64,000 nt of DNA from Eubacteriales bacterium (lineage in GTDB: Bacteria > Bacillota > Clostridia > Oscillospirales > CAG-272). The position numbers and the translations under genes are program-made. The stretch is from the NCBI GenBank assembly GCA_045636465.1, contig JAZTXP010000013.1:24686-88685 (forward strand), in the 5' to 3' direction. The number at the start of each line of letters is the position of its first letter. Positions within the stretch are counted from its first letter, which is position 1. Below the pieces are notes generated by a model. That model made no database searches and was not told where the DNA came from. It saw nothing but the letters and a program-made list of their open reading frames with translations. Shown here piece by piece: positions 56,062 to 64,000 of the stretch.

Positions 56062-56937
56062 TTATAAGGCGCTGTCCTCTTCTGCAATTTCTGCTTCAGC
56101 CTCGGGAGCCACATCGTCCTCAGGCTCGTCAGCGCTATCCGTCTCCTCTGCTTCCTCGGGTTGTTCACCGGACTCTTCGAACTCTGCCACGTCCTCTGTG
56201 ACGGGCTCTTCTGCATCTTCGAGCTCAATAGCTTCATCGGTTTCAGCCTCCTCCGGCTGCACCTCTGCCTCGCAATGACTCTGTGCTTCGTCACTTTCTG
56301 GTGCGTCCTCTTCCCTCTCGTGCTCGCAAGCCTCGGCAGCAGCTTCATCGGGAGAATCTATGCTAAAATTAGGATCAGGCTCTGCATAATCAACCTTCAA
56401 TTCGCCATAGCCCTCCTCTGCGAGAACCTCGTCTGCCCAGGTATCATTTTCATCGGGAACAAAATCTTCGCCGGGGTTATATTCATCAGCGCGGGGCTCA
56501 GCCTCAGGCTGAGATGCCTCTTCCACTACAATCTTTTTCGCATTTTTCTTAGCTTCTCTTGCCTTCTCCACTCTATCCATCTTCGCGAAGGTAAAGCCAA
56601 AGAGAGATGCAAGCGCACCTATTACAACAAGGGCAATCGAGAACGTGCCGTAGGTTGCCCACTCAACGAGAGAGATACCCACGCCGTAAGCGATAGGCAA
56701 AAGCCACATCCAGCCCTTGGGTGCTTTCTTTATGGTTGCTGTATAGGATGCGACCAATGCGCAAACGGGCAACACCAGCCATCGCATCGCCACAAGATAT
56801 ACCTTAACCCATTCCACGTCCGGTAATATACGAAACAGTATTATAGCCGAAAGTGCAAGAACTCCAAAAATAGCTGAAAAAATTATAAGGGGTAAATTTC
56901 TTTCCTTTGTAGATCTATTTTCCATAATAACCTCCAT
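56062..56937 (-). CDS. Membrane protein with a long polyacidic, disordered C-terminal tail
   Basis: 291 aa. Four TM segments in the first ~125 aa, a basic juxtamembrane patch (KAREAKKNAKK), then about 155 residues dominated by E/D/A/P. Confidence 0.6.
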   Translation of the reverse strand: MEVIMENRSTKERNLPLIIFSAIFGVLALSAIILFRILPDVEWVKVYLVAMRWLVLPVCALVASYTATIKKAPKGWMWLLPIAYGVGISLVEWATYGTFSIALVVIGALASLFGFTFAKMDRVEKAREAKKNAKKIVVEEASQPEAEPRADEYNPGEDFVPDENDTWADEVLAEEGYGELKVDYAEPDPNFSIDSPDEAAAEACEHEREEDAPESDEAQSHCEAEVQPEEAETDEAIELEDAEEPVTEDVAEFEESGEQPEEAEETDSADEPEDDVAPEAEAEIAEEDSAL

Positions 56938-57075
56938 TTTTATACAAAAAATCCATTTTTTCTATAATTTCAATTATATTATACACCAAATAAACGATAA
57001 ATGCAAGTTTTAAGGAATTATTTTATGTATTTTTATAGTTATTTTAATGTTTTTCGTAAATAAATCCGTATTTTG

Positions 57076-57120
57076 CAAAAAAATAGAGGCAATCTTAGCT
57101 TCACACGCAAGAGTGCCTCT
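57076..57120 (-). terminator. Rho-independent terminator after the Crp/Fnr gene
   Basis: On the minus strand: AGAGGCA ... TGCCTCT hairpin followed by ATTTTTTTG. Confidence 0.65.
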
Positions 57121-57126
57121 AAATAA

Positions 57127-57789
57127 TTACTGCGCTACCTTGCGCAATTTAGCCTTATCTACAATTTTTATACCGCCGCGGAACAGCTCCACGATACCCT
57201 CTATCTGGAAATACTTCAGCATTCTCGTCACGACCTCTCTTGCGGATGCCATATATTTCGCTATCTGCTCGTGAGTGAGCCTTACCTCATCGGAGCCGCT
57301 TTTCGCTATCTCGTCAAGAAGGAAGATGGCAAGACGCTTGTCGAAGCTCATAAACATTATCTGCTGCATTACCCACATAACCTCGGAGAAGCGGCTGAGA
57401 GCGCACTCCTGAGAGAAAATCTTAAGAGCGGGCACCCGTTCTGCCACATCGGCAAAGGCACAGCCTGCAATAACCTTGCATCGGCTATCCTCCTCGGCAT
57501 CCACGAACACGTCAAAGGTAATACTATCCAGCACGCAGGATGCGGAGAGCATACAAATATCACCCGCATAAAGACGATACAGAGTTATCTCCTTGCCGTC
57601 ATCGGACAGCATATAAACTCGCAGAGAGCCGCTTTCGATCAGAATAACTCCCGTGCATTCGGCGCCATCGTGAATATTAGTTCCCTTCTTATAAACCAAG
57701 TCAAAGGTGTTGTTTCTTATTGTGCTTTTTTCTTCCTCGGGCATATCCCCAAAACAAGGAAATGCATCCTCAAATATCTTGTCGCTCAT
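57127..57789 (-). CDS. Crp/Fnr family transcriptional regulator
   Basis: 220 aa. N-terminal cNMP-binding-like beta-roll and C-terminal HTH (THEQIAKYMASAREVVTRMLKYFQIEGIV). Confidence 0.85.
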   Translation of the reverse strand: MSDKIFEDAFPCFGDMPEEEKSTIRNNTFDLVYKKGTNIHDGAECTGVILIESGSLRVYMLSDDGKEITLYRLYAGDICMLSASCVLDSITFDVFVDAEEDSRCKVIAGCAFADVAERVPALKIFSQECALSRFSEVMWVMQQIMFMSFDKRLAIFLLDEIAKSGSDEVRLTHEQIAKYMASAREVVTRMLKYFQIEGIVELFRGGIKIVDKAKLRKVAQ

Positions 57790-57879
57790 ACTTCCCTCCC
57801 GAGAATTACGTTTATATACAAATTATACCACTAATAAAATTTTATGTCAACTTTATTTTTTTATTTTTTCTCAAAAAAA

Positions 57880-57921
57880 TGTAACCAAGTTACAGAATCA
57901 TTCACATTTTGATGGTATAAT
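57880..57921 (+). promoter_or_regulatory. dfx promoter with an upstream palindrome (candidate Crp/Fnr-family site)
   Basis: TGTAAC-CAA-GTTACA (57880-57894) is centred 29 nt upstream of TATAAT (57916-57921, preceded by TGG). This places the centre near -41 relative to the expected transcription start. Confidence 0.5.
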
Positions 57922-57965
57922 AAGAGTACCAAAACAAAAAAACAACTCGAAAGGTGATATAAATT

Positions 57966-58346
57966 ATGAAAGATGTTAAATTCTATATTTGTGAAACATG
58001 CGGAAAGGTTATCCAGATCGTTGAGGACAGACGCGTTCCCACTATCTGCTGCGGAAAGCCTATGCAGCTGCTTGAAGCAGGCACAGTTGATGCCAGCCGC
58101 GAAAAACATATTCCCGAGGTAGAGATCGACGGCGACCTTCTCCACGTAACTGTAGGCGCAGTTCTCCATCCTATGACAGAGCCTCACCACATCGCTTGGA
58201 TCTACGTCCAGTTTGAGAACGGCGGTCAGCTCGTTTACCTTGATCACGAGGGCGAGCCCAAGGCAACGGTTGCTCTTGGCGGCAAGAAGCCCGTAGCAGT
58301 TTACGAATACTGCAACCTCCACGGTCTTTGGAAGAAAGAGCTTTAA
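57966..58346 (+). CDS. dfx: Desulfoferrodoxin (2Fe superoxide reductase)
   Basis: 126 aa. N-terminal desulforedoxin-like CxxC...CC (CETCGKV...TICCG) and a C-terminal SOR domain (KHIPEV, HPM, HHIAWI, CNLHG). Confidence 0.9.
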   Translation: MKDVKFYICETCGKVIQIVEDRRVPTICCGKPMQLLEAGTVDASREKHIPEVEIDGDLLHVTVGAVLHPMTEPHHIAWIYVQFENGGQLVYLDHEGEPKATVALGGKKPVAVYEYCNLHGLWKKEL

Positions 58347-58380
58347 TATTCAAAATATAACCTCAAAAAGCGAAAGCTTT

Positions 58381-58413
58381 ATCCCCTGTCGATTTTCGGC
58401 AGGGGATTTTTTC
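58381..58413 (+). terminator. Rho-independent terminator after dfx
   Basis: ATCCCCTG (58381-58388) / CAGGGGAT (58400-58407) followed by TTTTTT. Confidence 0.85.
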
Positions 58414-58531
58414 TTTAACCGTTTTTGAGCATACATCAAAGCAGTACCTTAATTTCTCATTTCTAATTTCTCATTCCTCATTTGTTGTATAGCAACAGAA
58501 ATTTTTCATTTTGCCCTGTGGGCAAGCAAGG

Positions 58532-58566
58532 CGAAAAAACGACCCACTCTTTCGAGCAGGTCGTTT
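58532..58566 (-). terminator. Rho-independent terminator after the GPH transporter gene
   Basis: On the minus strand: AACGACC-TGCTCGAAAGAGTG-GGTCGTT followed by TTTTCG. Confidence 0.7.
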
Positions 58567-58603
58567 TCGTTTTTCACCAAAATGTATCAATCAAAAGATT
58601 GAA

Positions 58604-60163
58604 TTAGTCGATTGTGATGTTTGCAACCTCGGGAGCAACAGCATCTGTGCCTGCTGCTGCAGGAGCTGCTTCGTGACGAGCTTCAAGCTCTTCGGTCATC
58701 TGAGCGAGCTTCTTCTTATCAAGGTTATAGATAAGACCAAGACCAACGAACTGCATAATGCCGGCTACAAGGTAAAGAACTGCAACAAGCATACGGATCT
58801 TGGAAGAAACGTCCCAACCAAATGCAGAGGGGTCAATAGCGTCGAAGGGAATACCCTCGATAAGTGTGTGGCTGTATTCGCCTGTTACGGGATCAAGGTA
58901 AGCATTGTTCTGATAACCAAGAGTGCCCATGATAGCGATAGCTACTGCAGGACCAACGCCCTGAGCGAGCTTTCTGAAGAAGGAGTGAAGGGAGTATACG
59001 ATACCCTCGTCTCTGCTACCTGTCTTCCACTCGTTGTAGTCAATAGCGTCACCCATCATAGCCCAAGATACTGTGGAATAGATACCAAGACCGAGAGCAC
59101 AAACGAGCTGACCAACAACGTAAACGATAAGGTCAAGACCTGTGTTGCCTTCGCTTACAGGAATAATACCAAGCGGGCCTGCGAAGAGAATGATAGCACC
59201 CGCGATATAAGCAACAGAACCAATAACGGAAAGCTCCTTCTTACCATACTTCTTAACCATCTTACGAGCAAGAGGTGTGAAGAGGATGATAGGAAGCATA
59301 GCAAATGCGGATACAAGACCGGAAATGCTGGTGTTCTTGAAGTAGGACTGGAATGTTACGGTAACTGCTGTGGTAGCACCCTGCATACCGATGAACATAC
59401 CCATAGCTGCAAGTGTAGCACCTACTGCAGGACGGTTCTTGAGGAAGTTCCACATTGCCTTGAATACGTTGAACTTAGGCTGTTCTTCGTTAAGTGTAAG
59501 ATCCTTTTCAACACGGATCTCTGTGTTCTTGATCATGAACATGAAGCAGAAGAATCCGAAAATACCCATGATGAATGCGGTACCGAATGTCTTATAAGGA
59601 TTAAGAACGTTGTTATCGTAAATGAGCATGGGGAGAAGGATCATAGGAACCATGTTACCCACAAGACCACCGATAGAACGCCATGCGGAAAGAGAAGCAC
59701 GGTCAGAAGGATCGGAGGAAATGAGGGAAAGGAGTGAACCGTAAGGAACATTCGCGATGGTGTAGAATGCATCCCATACTACATAACCGGCTACGAAGAT
59801 GATAGCCTTTGCGATAGGATGTAAGCTGGGAACGGGAATAAATACGCAAGCACCGCCTATGATAAGACCGATAGAACCAACGAATATGTACTGAAGGAAC
59901 TTGTTTCTCTTATAAACGCGCTTATCAGCGTCAACCATAGAACCGATAATAGGATCGTTGATAGCGTCCCAAACCTGAACGATGATAAGGAGAAGCGAAT
60001 ACCATGCCTGCATACCCATGATCTGGGTCCAGAAGATGGCCATTGTGCCCTTGAGAGCAAAGCTCATGTTACAGCCAAGGTCGCCTGCAGCATACGCGAC
60101 TGAGTCGCGAATACCAAACTTGCGATGGCCGTTTGCGTCAAGATTTTTTTGTTTTCTTGCCAT
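58604..60163 (-). CDS. Glycoside-pentoside-hexuronide (GPH):cation symporter family MFS transporter
   Basis: About 519 aa from the ATG at 60163 (MARKQKNLD), preceded by AAGAGG. 12 TM. GPH-like N-terminal motif (FGIRDSVAYAAGDLGCNM). Hydrophilic C-terminal tail. Confidence 0.8.
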   Translation of the reverse strand: MARKQKNLDANGHRKFGIRDSVAYAAGDLGCNMSFALKGTMAIFWTQIMGMQAWYSLLLIIVQVWDAINDPIIGSMVDADKRVYKRNKFLQYIFVGSIGLIIGGACVFIPVPSLHPIAKAIIFVAGYVVWDAFYTIANVPYGSLLSLISSDPSDRASLSAWRSIGGLVGNMVPMILLPMLIYDNNVLNPYKTFGTAFIMGIFGFFCFMFMIKNTEIRVEKDLTLNEEQPKFNVFKAMWNFLKNRPAVGATLAAMGMFIGMQGATTAVTVTFQSYFKNTSISGLVSAFAMLPIILFTPLARKMVKKYGKKELSVIGSVAYIAGAIILFAGPLGIIPVSEGNTGLDLIVYVVGQLVCALGLGIYSTVSWAMMGDAIDYNEWKTGSRDEGIVYSLHSFFRKLAQGVGPAVAIAIMGTLGYQNNAYLDPVTGEYSHTLIEGIPFDAIDPSAFGWDVSSKIRMLVAVLYLVAGIMQFVGLGLIYNLDKKKLAQMTEELEARHEAAPAAAGTDAVAPEVANITID

Positions 60164-60383
60164 TTTGTTTTTTACCTCTTTCTTTTTTTCGGTATTTTTC
60201 ATTAAAAAAAGCAATTTATGAATTGAAGTTTGCCTTTTGGGGGTTCGCCGAAATACATAAGTTGCTCGCTTTAACTAGTCATTTACCGTATTTTATTATA
60301 TCATATTTAATAGTTTTGTCAACATTTTTAATATATTGTTAACAATTTATTCACACTTTTTTGGCTCATTTTACTATATCGAA

Positions 60384-60421
60384 AATAAAAAAGGTACAAA
60401 TGTGAAACCACTGTACCTTTT
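60384..60421 (-). terminator. Rho-independent terminator after the LysR gene
   Basis: On the minus strand: AAAGGTACA ... TGTACCTTT hairpin followed by TTTTAT. Confidence 0.8.
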
Positions 60422-60445
60422 GTCTGTAAAATTAATGAACTTATG

Positions 60446-61327
60446 TTAAATTTTAGGAACGTATGCTCTTGCCGCTTCCTTGGTTATGGCAATGAGTCGC
60501 TTCATAGGAAGAGTCAGCACCTTATCAGATTTCACTGCCACGCAGATGTTACGGGAAATGAAGGGAGAAATAGGCACTATACGGACGTTATCGTGGCGAT
60601 CTGCGATAGTCAAGGCGGAAAGCATACTGATGCCCAGGTTATGCTCTACCATTGAAAGGATAGCGGGGTCATCAACGTATGTAGGGGTAACGAAGGGGTG
60701 CACCTTATGCTCGTTGAACACCTGGCCGATATCATCGTCGTAGCCAAGGCCGGGCATGAGGAACTTTGTTCCGTTGAACTGCTGAATTGGGAAGGTATCA
60801 GAGCTTAAGGGATATTCCTTTGGCAGGATAGCATAGTAACGGTCGGACATAAGGGATGTCCATTTGAATTCATACTTATTATTCTTTGTACCGTAGCAGA
60901 TATCAAATCTCTCGTCGCGCAGGCCGCCGTAAAGCTCAGCAACCGTACCGGTCTGAATATTGAGGGTAACGCTTGGGAACTCCGCATTGAAGCGCTCAAC
61001 GATAGCAGGCAGAATACTTCCCGCCAGGCTGGAAAAGGCACCGATCCTGATAACGTTATCGCCGTAGGATTTAACCAGGTCGATCTCGTTCATAAGAGCG
61101 TCCTCACAGTTAACAAGCTCGCGGATTCTGGGGATTATTCTCTCTCCGCCGGGTGTTAACTTAACACCAAAGTATCCGCGCTGAAGGATGGAAAATCCAA
61201 GCTCATCTTCAAGGGCATTCATCATGTGAGTAAGTCCCGATTGGGTATATCCAAGTTTATTTGCAGCGGCAGAAAAGCTTCCCATATCCACAGCGGCAAG
61301 CAATGCTTTATATTTTGAAATATTCAT
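60446..61327 (-). CDS. LysR family transcriptional regulator
   Basis: 293 aa. N-terminal wHTH (ALLAAVDMGSFSAAANKLGYTQSGLTHMMNALE) and a periplasmic-binding-protein-like effector domain. Confidence 0.9.
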   Translation of the reverse strand: MNISKYKALLAAVDMGSFSAAANKLGYTQSGLTHMMNALEDELGFSILQRGYFGVKLTPGGERIIPRIRELVNCEDALMNEIDLVKSYGDNVIRIGAFSSLAGSILPAIVERFNAEFPSVTLNIQTGTVAELYGGLRDERFDICYGTKNNKYEFKWTSLMSDRYYAILPKEYPLSSDTFPIQQFNGTKFLMPGLGYDDDIGQVFNEHKVHPFVTPTYVDDPAILSMVEHNLGISMLSALTIADRHDNVRIVPISPFISRNICVAVKSDKVLTLPMKRLIAITKEAARAYVPKI

Positions 61328-61425
61328 TTAATACTCCGTTTTTGTAAACTTTTATTTTCAATTTACCTGTTTTTTGATCTTCAATTCAAAAACCGTTTTG
61401 AGTTCATAGATAAAATTTATTGCGG

Positions 61426-62517
61426 TTACGCTTTGGTAATATAGCCCTCGCGGCAAAGAAGCTCGGCAATAAGCACTGCTCCGCCTGCCGCTCCCCTAAG
61501 GGTATTATGAGAAAGGGCAACGAATTTATAATCGTAAACAGAGTCGGGACGAAGCCTGCCTATGCTGACTCCCATTCCGCCATAAATGTCGCGGTCAAGA
61601 CCGGTCTGAGGGCGGTTCTCTTCCTCAAAATAGGTAAGGAACTGCTTCGGGGCTGAAGGGAGCATAAGCTCCTGGGGCGCGCCGCGATATTCCTTCCAAT
61701 CTGCGAGGATCTCTTCTTTTTCTGGCTTATTTTCAAACCTCACAAACACAGCCGCCATGTGGCCGTCGGTTACGGGAACGCGAATGCACTGAGTCGTTAT
61801 TACAGGCTCTTTAGCGGGAATTATCTCACCGCCAACCACCTCACCCCATACTCTGAGGGGCTCACGCTCGCTCTTTTCTTCCTCGCCGCCTATAAAAGGA
61901 ATGATGTTATCTATCATCTCGGGCCATTCGGCAAAGGTCTTGCCCGCGCCGCTGATAGCCTGATAGGTGGTAGCCACGATCTCCTTAATGCCGTACTTGC
62001 GAAGGGGGGTCAGGGCGCCCACGTATGACTGAATAGAGCAATTGGGCTTAACTGCGATAAATCCGCGCTTTGTTCCAAGACGGGCTCTTTGGGCTGAAAT
62101 TACTTCAAGGTGATCGCGGTTGATCTCGGGAATGACCATAGGAACGTCGGGAGTCCATCTGTTGGCAGAGTTATTGGATACCACCGGGATCTCCGCCTTT
62201 GCGTAAAGCTCCTCAAGGGCAAGGACGTCCGCCTTCGGCATATTGACTGCGCAAAAGACGAAATCAACCAAGGGAACCACATCCGCTACTCCTTCGGCAT
62301 CCATCACCTTCATATCAAGCACCCATTCGGGGCAGGGCGATGCAAGCTTCCATCTACCCGAAAGGGCCTCTCTGTAGGTCTTGCCTGCAGATCTTTTGCT
62401 TGCCATAAGAGCAGTGATTTCAAAATAAGGGTGATCTTCAAGGAGAGTGATAAATCTCTGCCCCACCATTCCGGTAGCGCCGATAATACCTACTCTCAAT
62501 TTATCACTTTTGTTCAT
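61426..62517 (-). CDS. asd: Aspartate-semialdehyde dehydrogenase
   Basis: About 363 aa from the ATG at 62517, preceded by AAGGAG. GIIGATGMVGQRF Rossmann motif, active-site NCSIQ, and SHNTLRGAAGGAV near the C-terminus. Confidence 0.9.
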   Translation of the reverse strand: MNKSDKLRVGIIGATGMVGQRFITLLEDHPYFEITALMASKRSAGKTYREALSGRWKLASPCPEWVLDMKVMDAEGVADVVPLVDFVFCAVNMPKADVLALEELYAKAEIPVVSNNSANRWTPDVPMVIPEINRDHLEVISAQRARLGTKRGFIAVKPNCSIQSYVGALTPLRKYGIKEIVATTYQAISGAGKTFAEWPEMIDNIIPFIGGEEEKSEREPLRVWGEVVGGEIIPAKEPVITTQCIRVPVTDGHMAAVFVRFENKPEKEEILADWKEYRGAPQELMLPSAPKQFLTYFEEENRPQTGLDRDIYGGMGVSIGRLRPDSVYDYKFVALSHNTLRGAAGGAVLIAELLCREGYITKA

Positions 62518-62743
62518 AAGGATTCTCCTTTTCTGCCGCGCAATTGCGGCCTCGTTAAATGACGCTTCATACACTATGAATATTTTTCATAAGGTGATGA
62601 AATTTTCTCATCGACTATATTCTACCACACATTTTTTTAATAGTCAATAGTATTCAAAAATATTTAACATTTTTATCTATAAGCTTTATCTGTAAAAGCC
62701 GTCCGCACTATTTTGCAAATTTCGCTCACGTGTATCTATAAAT

Positions 62744-62774
62744 ATCGCCCACACCTTTTTGAGGAGCGGGCGAT
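62744..62774 (-). terminator. Possible terminator hairpin after spoIIIAH
   Basis: ATCGCCC (62744-62750) / GGGCGAT (62768-62774). The U-tract on the minus strand is weak (ATATTTAT). Confidence 0.35.
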
Positions 62775-62859
62775 TGGAGGCTTTTTATTAGTTTGCCTTT
62801 TATCTTTTTTGCGATGACCTTTTTTATCTTACTTATATTCGCTATTTTTCAGAAGTTTT

Positions 62860-63420
62860 TCATTTCGCCTTGTTGATGATGCTTACGTTTTCGGGAGAAA
62901 TACCCGTTGTCTCGTAAACAATAGTTAGAATCTGAGCGGTCTGAGAAGCCATAAGCTCATCCGCACTAACAATGACAGTTACAGCCCCCTCGGAAATAAC
63001 GGCTATACATTCGTCAAAGCCCTTAGCCTTCACAAGAGTCTCGATATTAGCCTCATTCTGTATATCAAGAGCGATCTGCGAGATCTTTTCCGCCGCTTCA
63101 GCCTTTGCCTCCGCAGAGGATTCCTCGCTCTCGCTGATGAGCTTCAAAACGTCGATAGCCTCGTCTCTCGCCTCTTGTCTGTCAAGGGCTGTTGCGGTGA
63201 AGTAATCCTCGGTTGCGCCCGAATCGGCATTCTGAGAATCGTCGTAATTATCCTCCATATTATTATCGCCGTAGCCGAGATTGCCGTCGGGATTATAAAA
63301 CCAGGTATAGTTTAAGTACACCGCAAGACCGATCAGAAGGGCGGCTGAGGCTACTATTACCGACTTTCCTGCCTGGGAGGTCAAAAACTTTTTGAATTTT
63401 TCGATTTTTTCGTTTTTCAT
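62860..63420 (-). CDS. spoIIIAH: Stage III sporulation protein AH (SpoIIIAH-like)
   Basis: N-terminal TM helix (SVIVASAALLIGLAVYL), an acidic linker, and a C-terminal YscJ/FliF-like region (ALDRQEARDEAIDVL...KGFDECIAVI). The ATG at 63420 has better AGGAG spacing than the track start at 63429. Confidence 0.75.
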   Translation of the reverse strand: MKNEKIEKFKKFLTSQAGKSVIVASAALLIGLAVYLNYTWFYNPDGNLGYGDNNMEDNYDDSQNADSGATEDYFTATALDRQEARDEAIDVLKLISESEESSAEAKAEAAEKISQIALDIQNEANIETLVKAKGFDECIAVISEGAVTVIVSADELMASQTAQILTIVYETTGISPENVSIINKAK

Positions 63421-63640
63421 AATATGCATCTCCTAAAAAAATTGTTACTGTTAATATCTATGCCTGCAGTACCCCACATATTCCTCTTTTTTTCGGAGCC
63501 GCGGGATTTTTTCTTTCGGACTGAACGTCGGTGATAAGCTCTTTTGTGCGCATTTTTCTGCGAAGCCTTTTGGCAGGCATAGACCAAATAACGATGTGAG
63601 GCTCGCGTGTTGCGCATTTATTATCACCGGAAGCTCCCCG

Positions 63641-63991
63641 TCAGGTCATGGGCTGAATGCTGACTCGGTTTGCACCGATGCCGTAAATGGAGGTTATCAG
63701 CTCGGTCAGCCTCTCCCGTACCCGAGGGCTGTCAGCTCCGCGGCAAACTACCGCCACTGCATATACCTCGCCGTCACGGTAAGTCACCATAACTCGGCAT
63801 TCCCCTACTCCGTCTATCCTCGAGCATAGCTCCTCCAGCCTGGTCGCTTCATCGACGGGAACCTCCTCTTCTTCCTTTTTATTCGATGAGGGGATAAGCA
63901 GGATAGCCAGAACCAAAATTCCCACCAACAGTATGATAAATTTTGAATCCTGTTTTTTTATAAATGAAAGAAAGCTAAAATCAGATTTCAA
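63641..63991 (-). CDS. spoIIIAG: Stage III sporulation protein AG (SpoIIIAG-like)
   Basis: 116 aa. N-terminal TM helix (FIILLVGILVLAILLI). Conserved C-terminal block (LEELCSRIDGVGECRVMVTY...VAVVCRGADSPRVRERLTELITSIYGI). Confidence 0.8.
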   Translation of the reverse strand: MKSDFSFLSFIKKQDSKFIILLVGILVLAILLIPSSNKKEEEEVPVDEATRLEELCSRIDGVGECRVMVTYRDGEVYAVAVVCRGADSPRVRERLTELITSIYGIGANRVSIQPMT

Positions 63992-64000
63992 TTTTCACCT

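Noticed and set aside
63417-63617. A 66-codon, highly basic ORF in the 210-bp gap between spoIIIAG and spoIIIAH.
   Set aside because: It overlaps the spoIIIAH start, has no RBS, and its extreme Arg/Lys/Ser composition is typical of out-of-frame noise. The gap is more likely an internal promoter or leader region.
1-64000. Search for CRISPR arrays, tRNA/rRNA genes, transposases, integrases, phage genes, toxin-antitoxin pairs or known defence-system hallmarks (nucleases with helicases, Sir2/TIR-containing operons, reverse transcriptases).
   Set aside because: None was found. The Sir2-family gene at 27265-27996 has the full CobB-type deacylase motifs and a housekeeping context (flavin reductase, MazG-like), not a defence-island context. 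The only repeat arrays are the iteron-like array and the coding repeats.

Overview
This 64-kb chromosomal segment appears to come from an anaerobic, spore-forming Firmicute (Clostridia, with Oscillospiraceae/Ruminococcaceae-like gene content). GC looks close to 50% by eye. The taxonomic guess rests on spoIIIAG/AH, desulfoferrodoxin, a membrane H+-pyrophosphatase, and many lipoproteins with a conserved TSC lipobox. I support about 50 protein genes, roughly 85% of them on the minus strand. I saw no rRNA, tRNA, CRISPR array, transposase, integrase or recognisable defence system.

Gene content, left to right:
- FtsX-type permease 3' end.
- A small-alarmone-hydrolase-like HD protein translationally coupled to glgB, then greA, ackA and a DUF212/PAP2-like protein.
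- A large minus-strand glycan locus: extracellular GH53 galactanase, GH13 lipoprotein, an unassigned 601-aa protein, an 86-aa Zn-ribbon protein and a cytoplasmic GH53. A second promoter then drives a CUT1 ABC importer whose binding protein has an extra C-terminal beta-rich module.
- A kinase-HD fusion protein.
- An ECF sigma factor with a transmembrane beta-propeller partner.
- A PI-PLC-like protein, hppA, a MazG-like/flavin reductase/Sir2 group, TetR, LMW-PTP, an acyltransferase and a Na/Pi-PhoU transporter.
- csoR-copA, and a transglutaminase-like lipoprotein.
- pepF plus an Opp-like ABC importer in which every subunit is enlarged.
- A ZIP transporter.
- A frameshifted ~1030-codon surface-protein gene containing about 26 tandem His+Cys3 22-residue repeats.
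- DUF368, NUDIX, and a membrane protein with a polyacidic tail.
- Crp/Fnr divergent from dfx, a GPH symporter, LysR, asd and spoIIIAG/AH.

Most unusual items:
- The His/Cys3 repeat surface protein, and its position next to a ZIP transporter.
- The uniformly expanded Opp-like transporter, including an insertion of roughly 380 aa inside the OppD-like ATPase.
- The unassigned 601-aa plus Zn-ribbon pair inside the galactan locus.
- A 7-unit (20/21-bp, 41-bp super-period) iteron-like array between tetR and the phosphatase gene.

The ORF track contains many very long antisense shadow ORFs. I reject these as genes.
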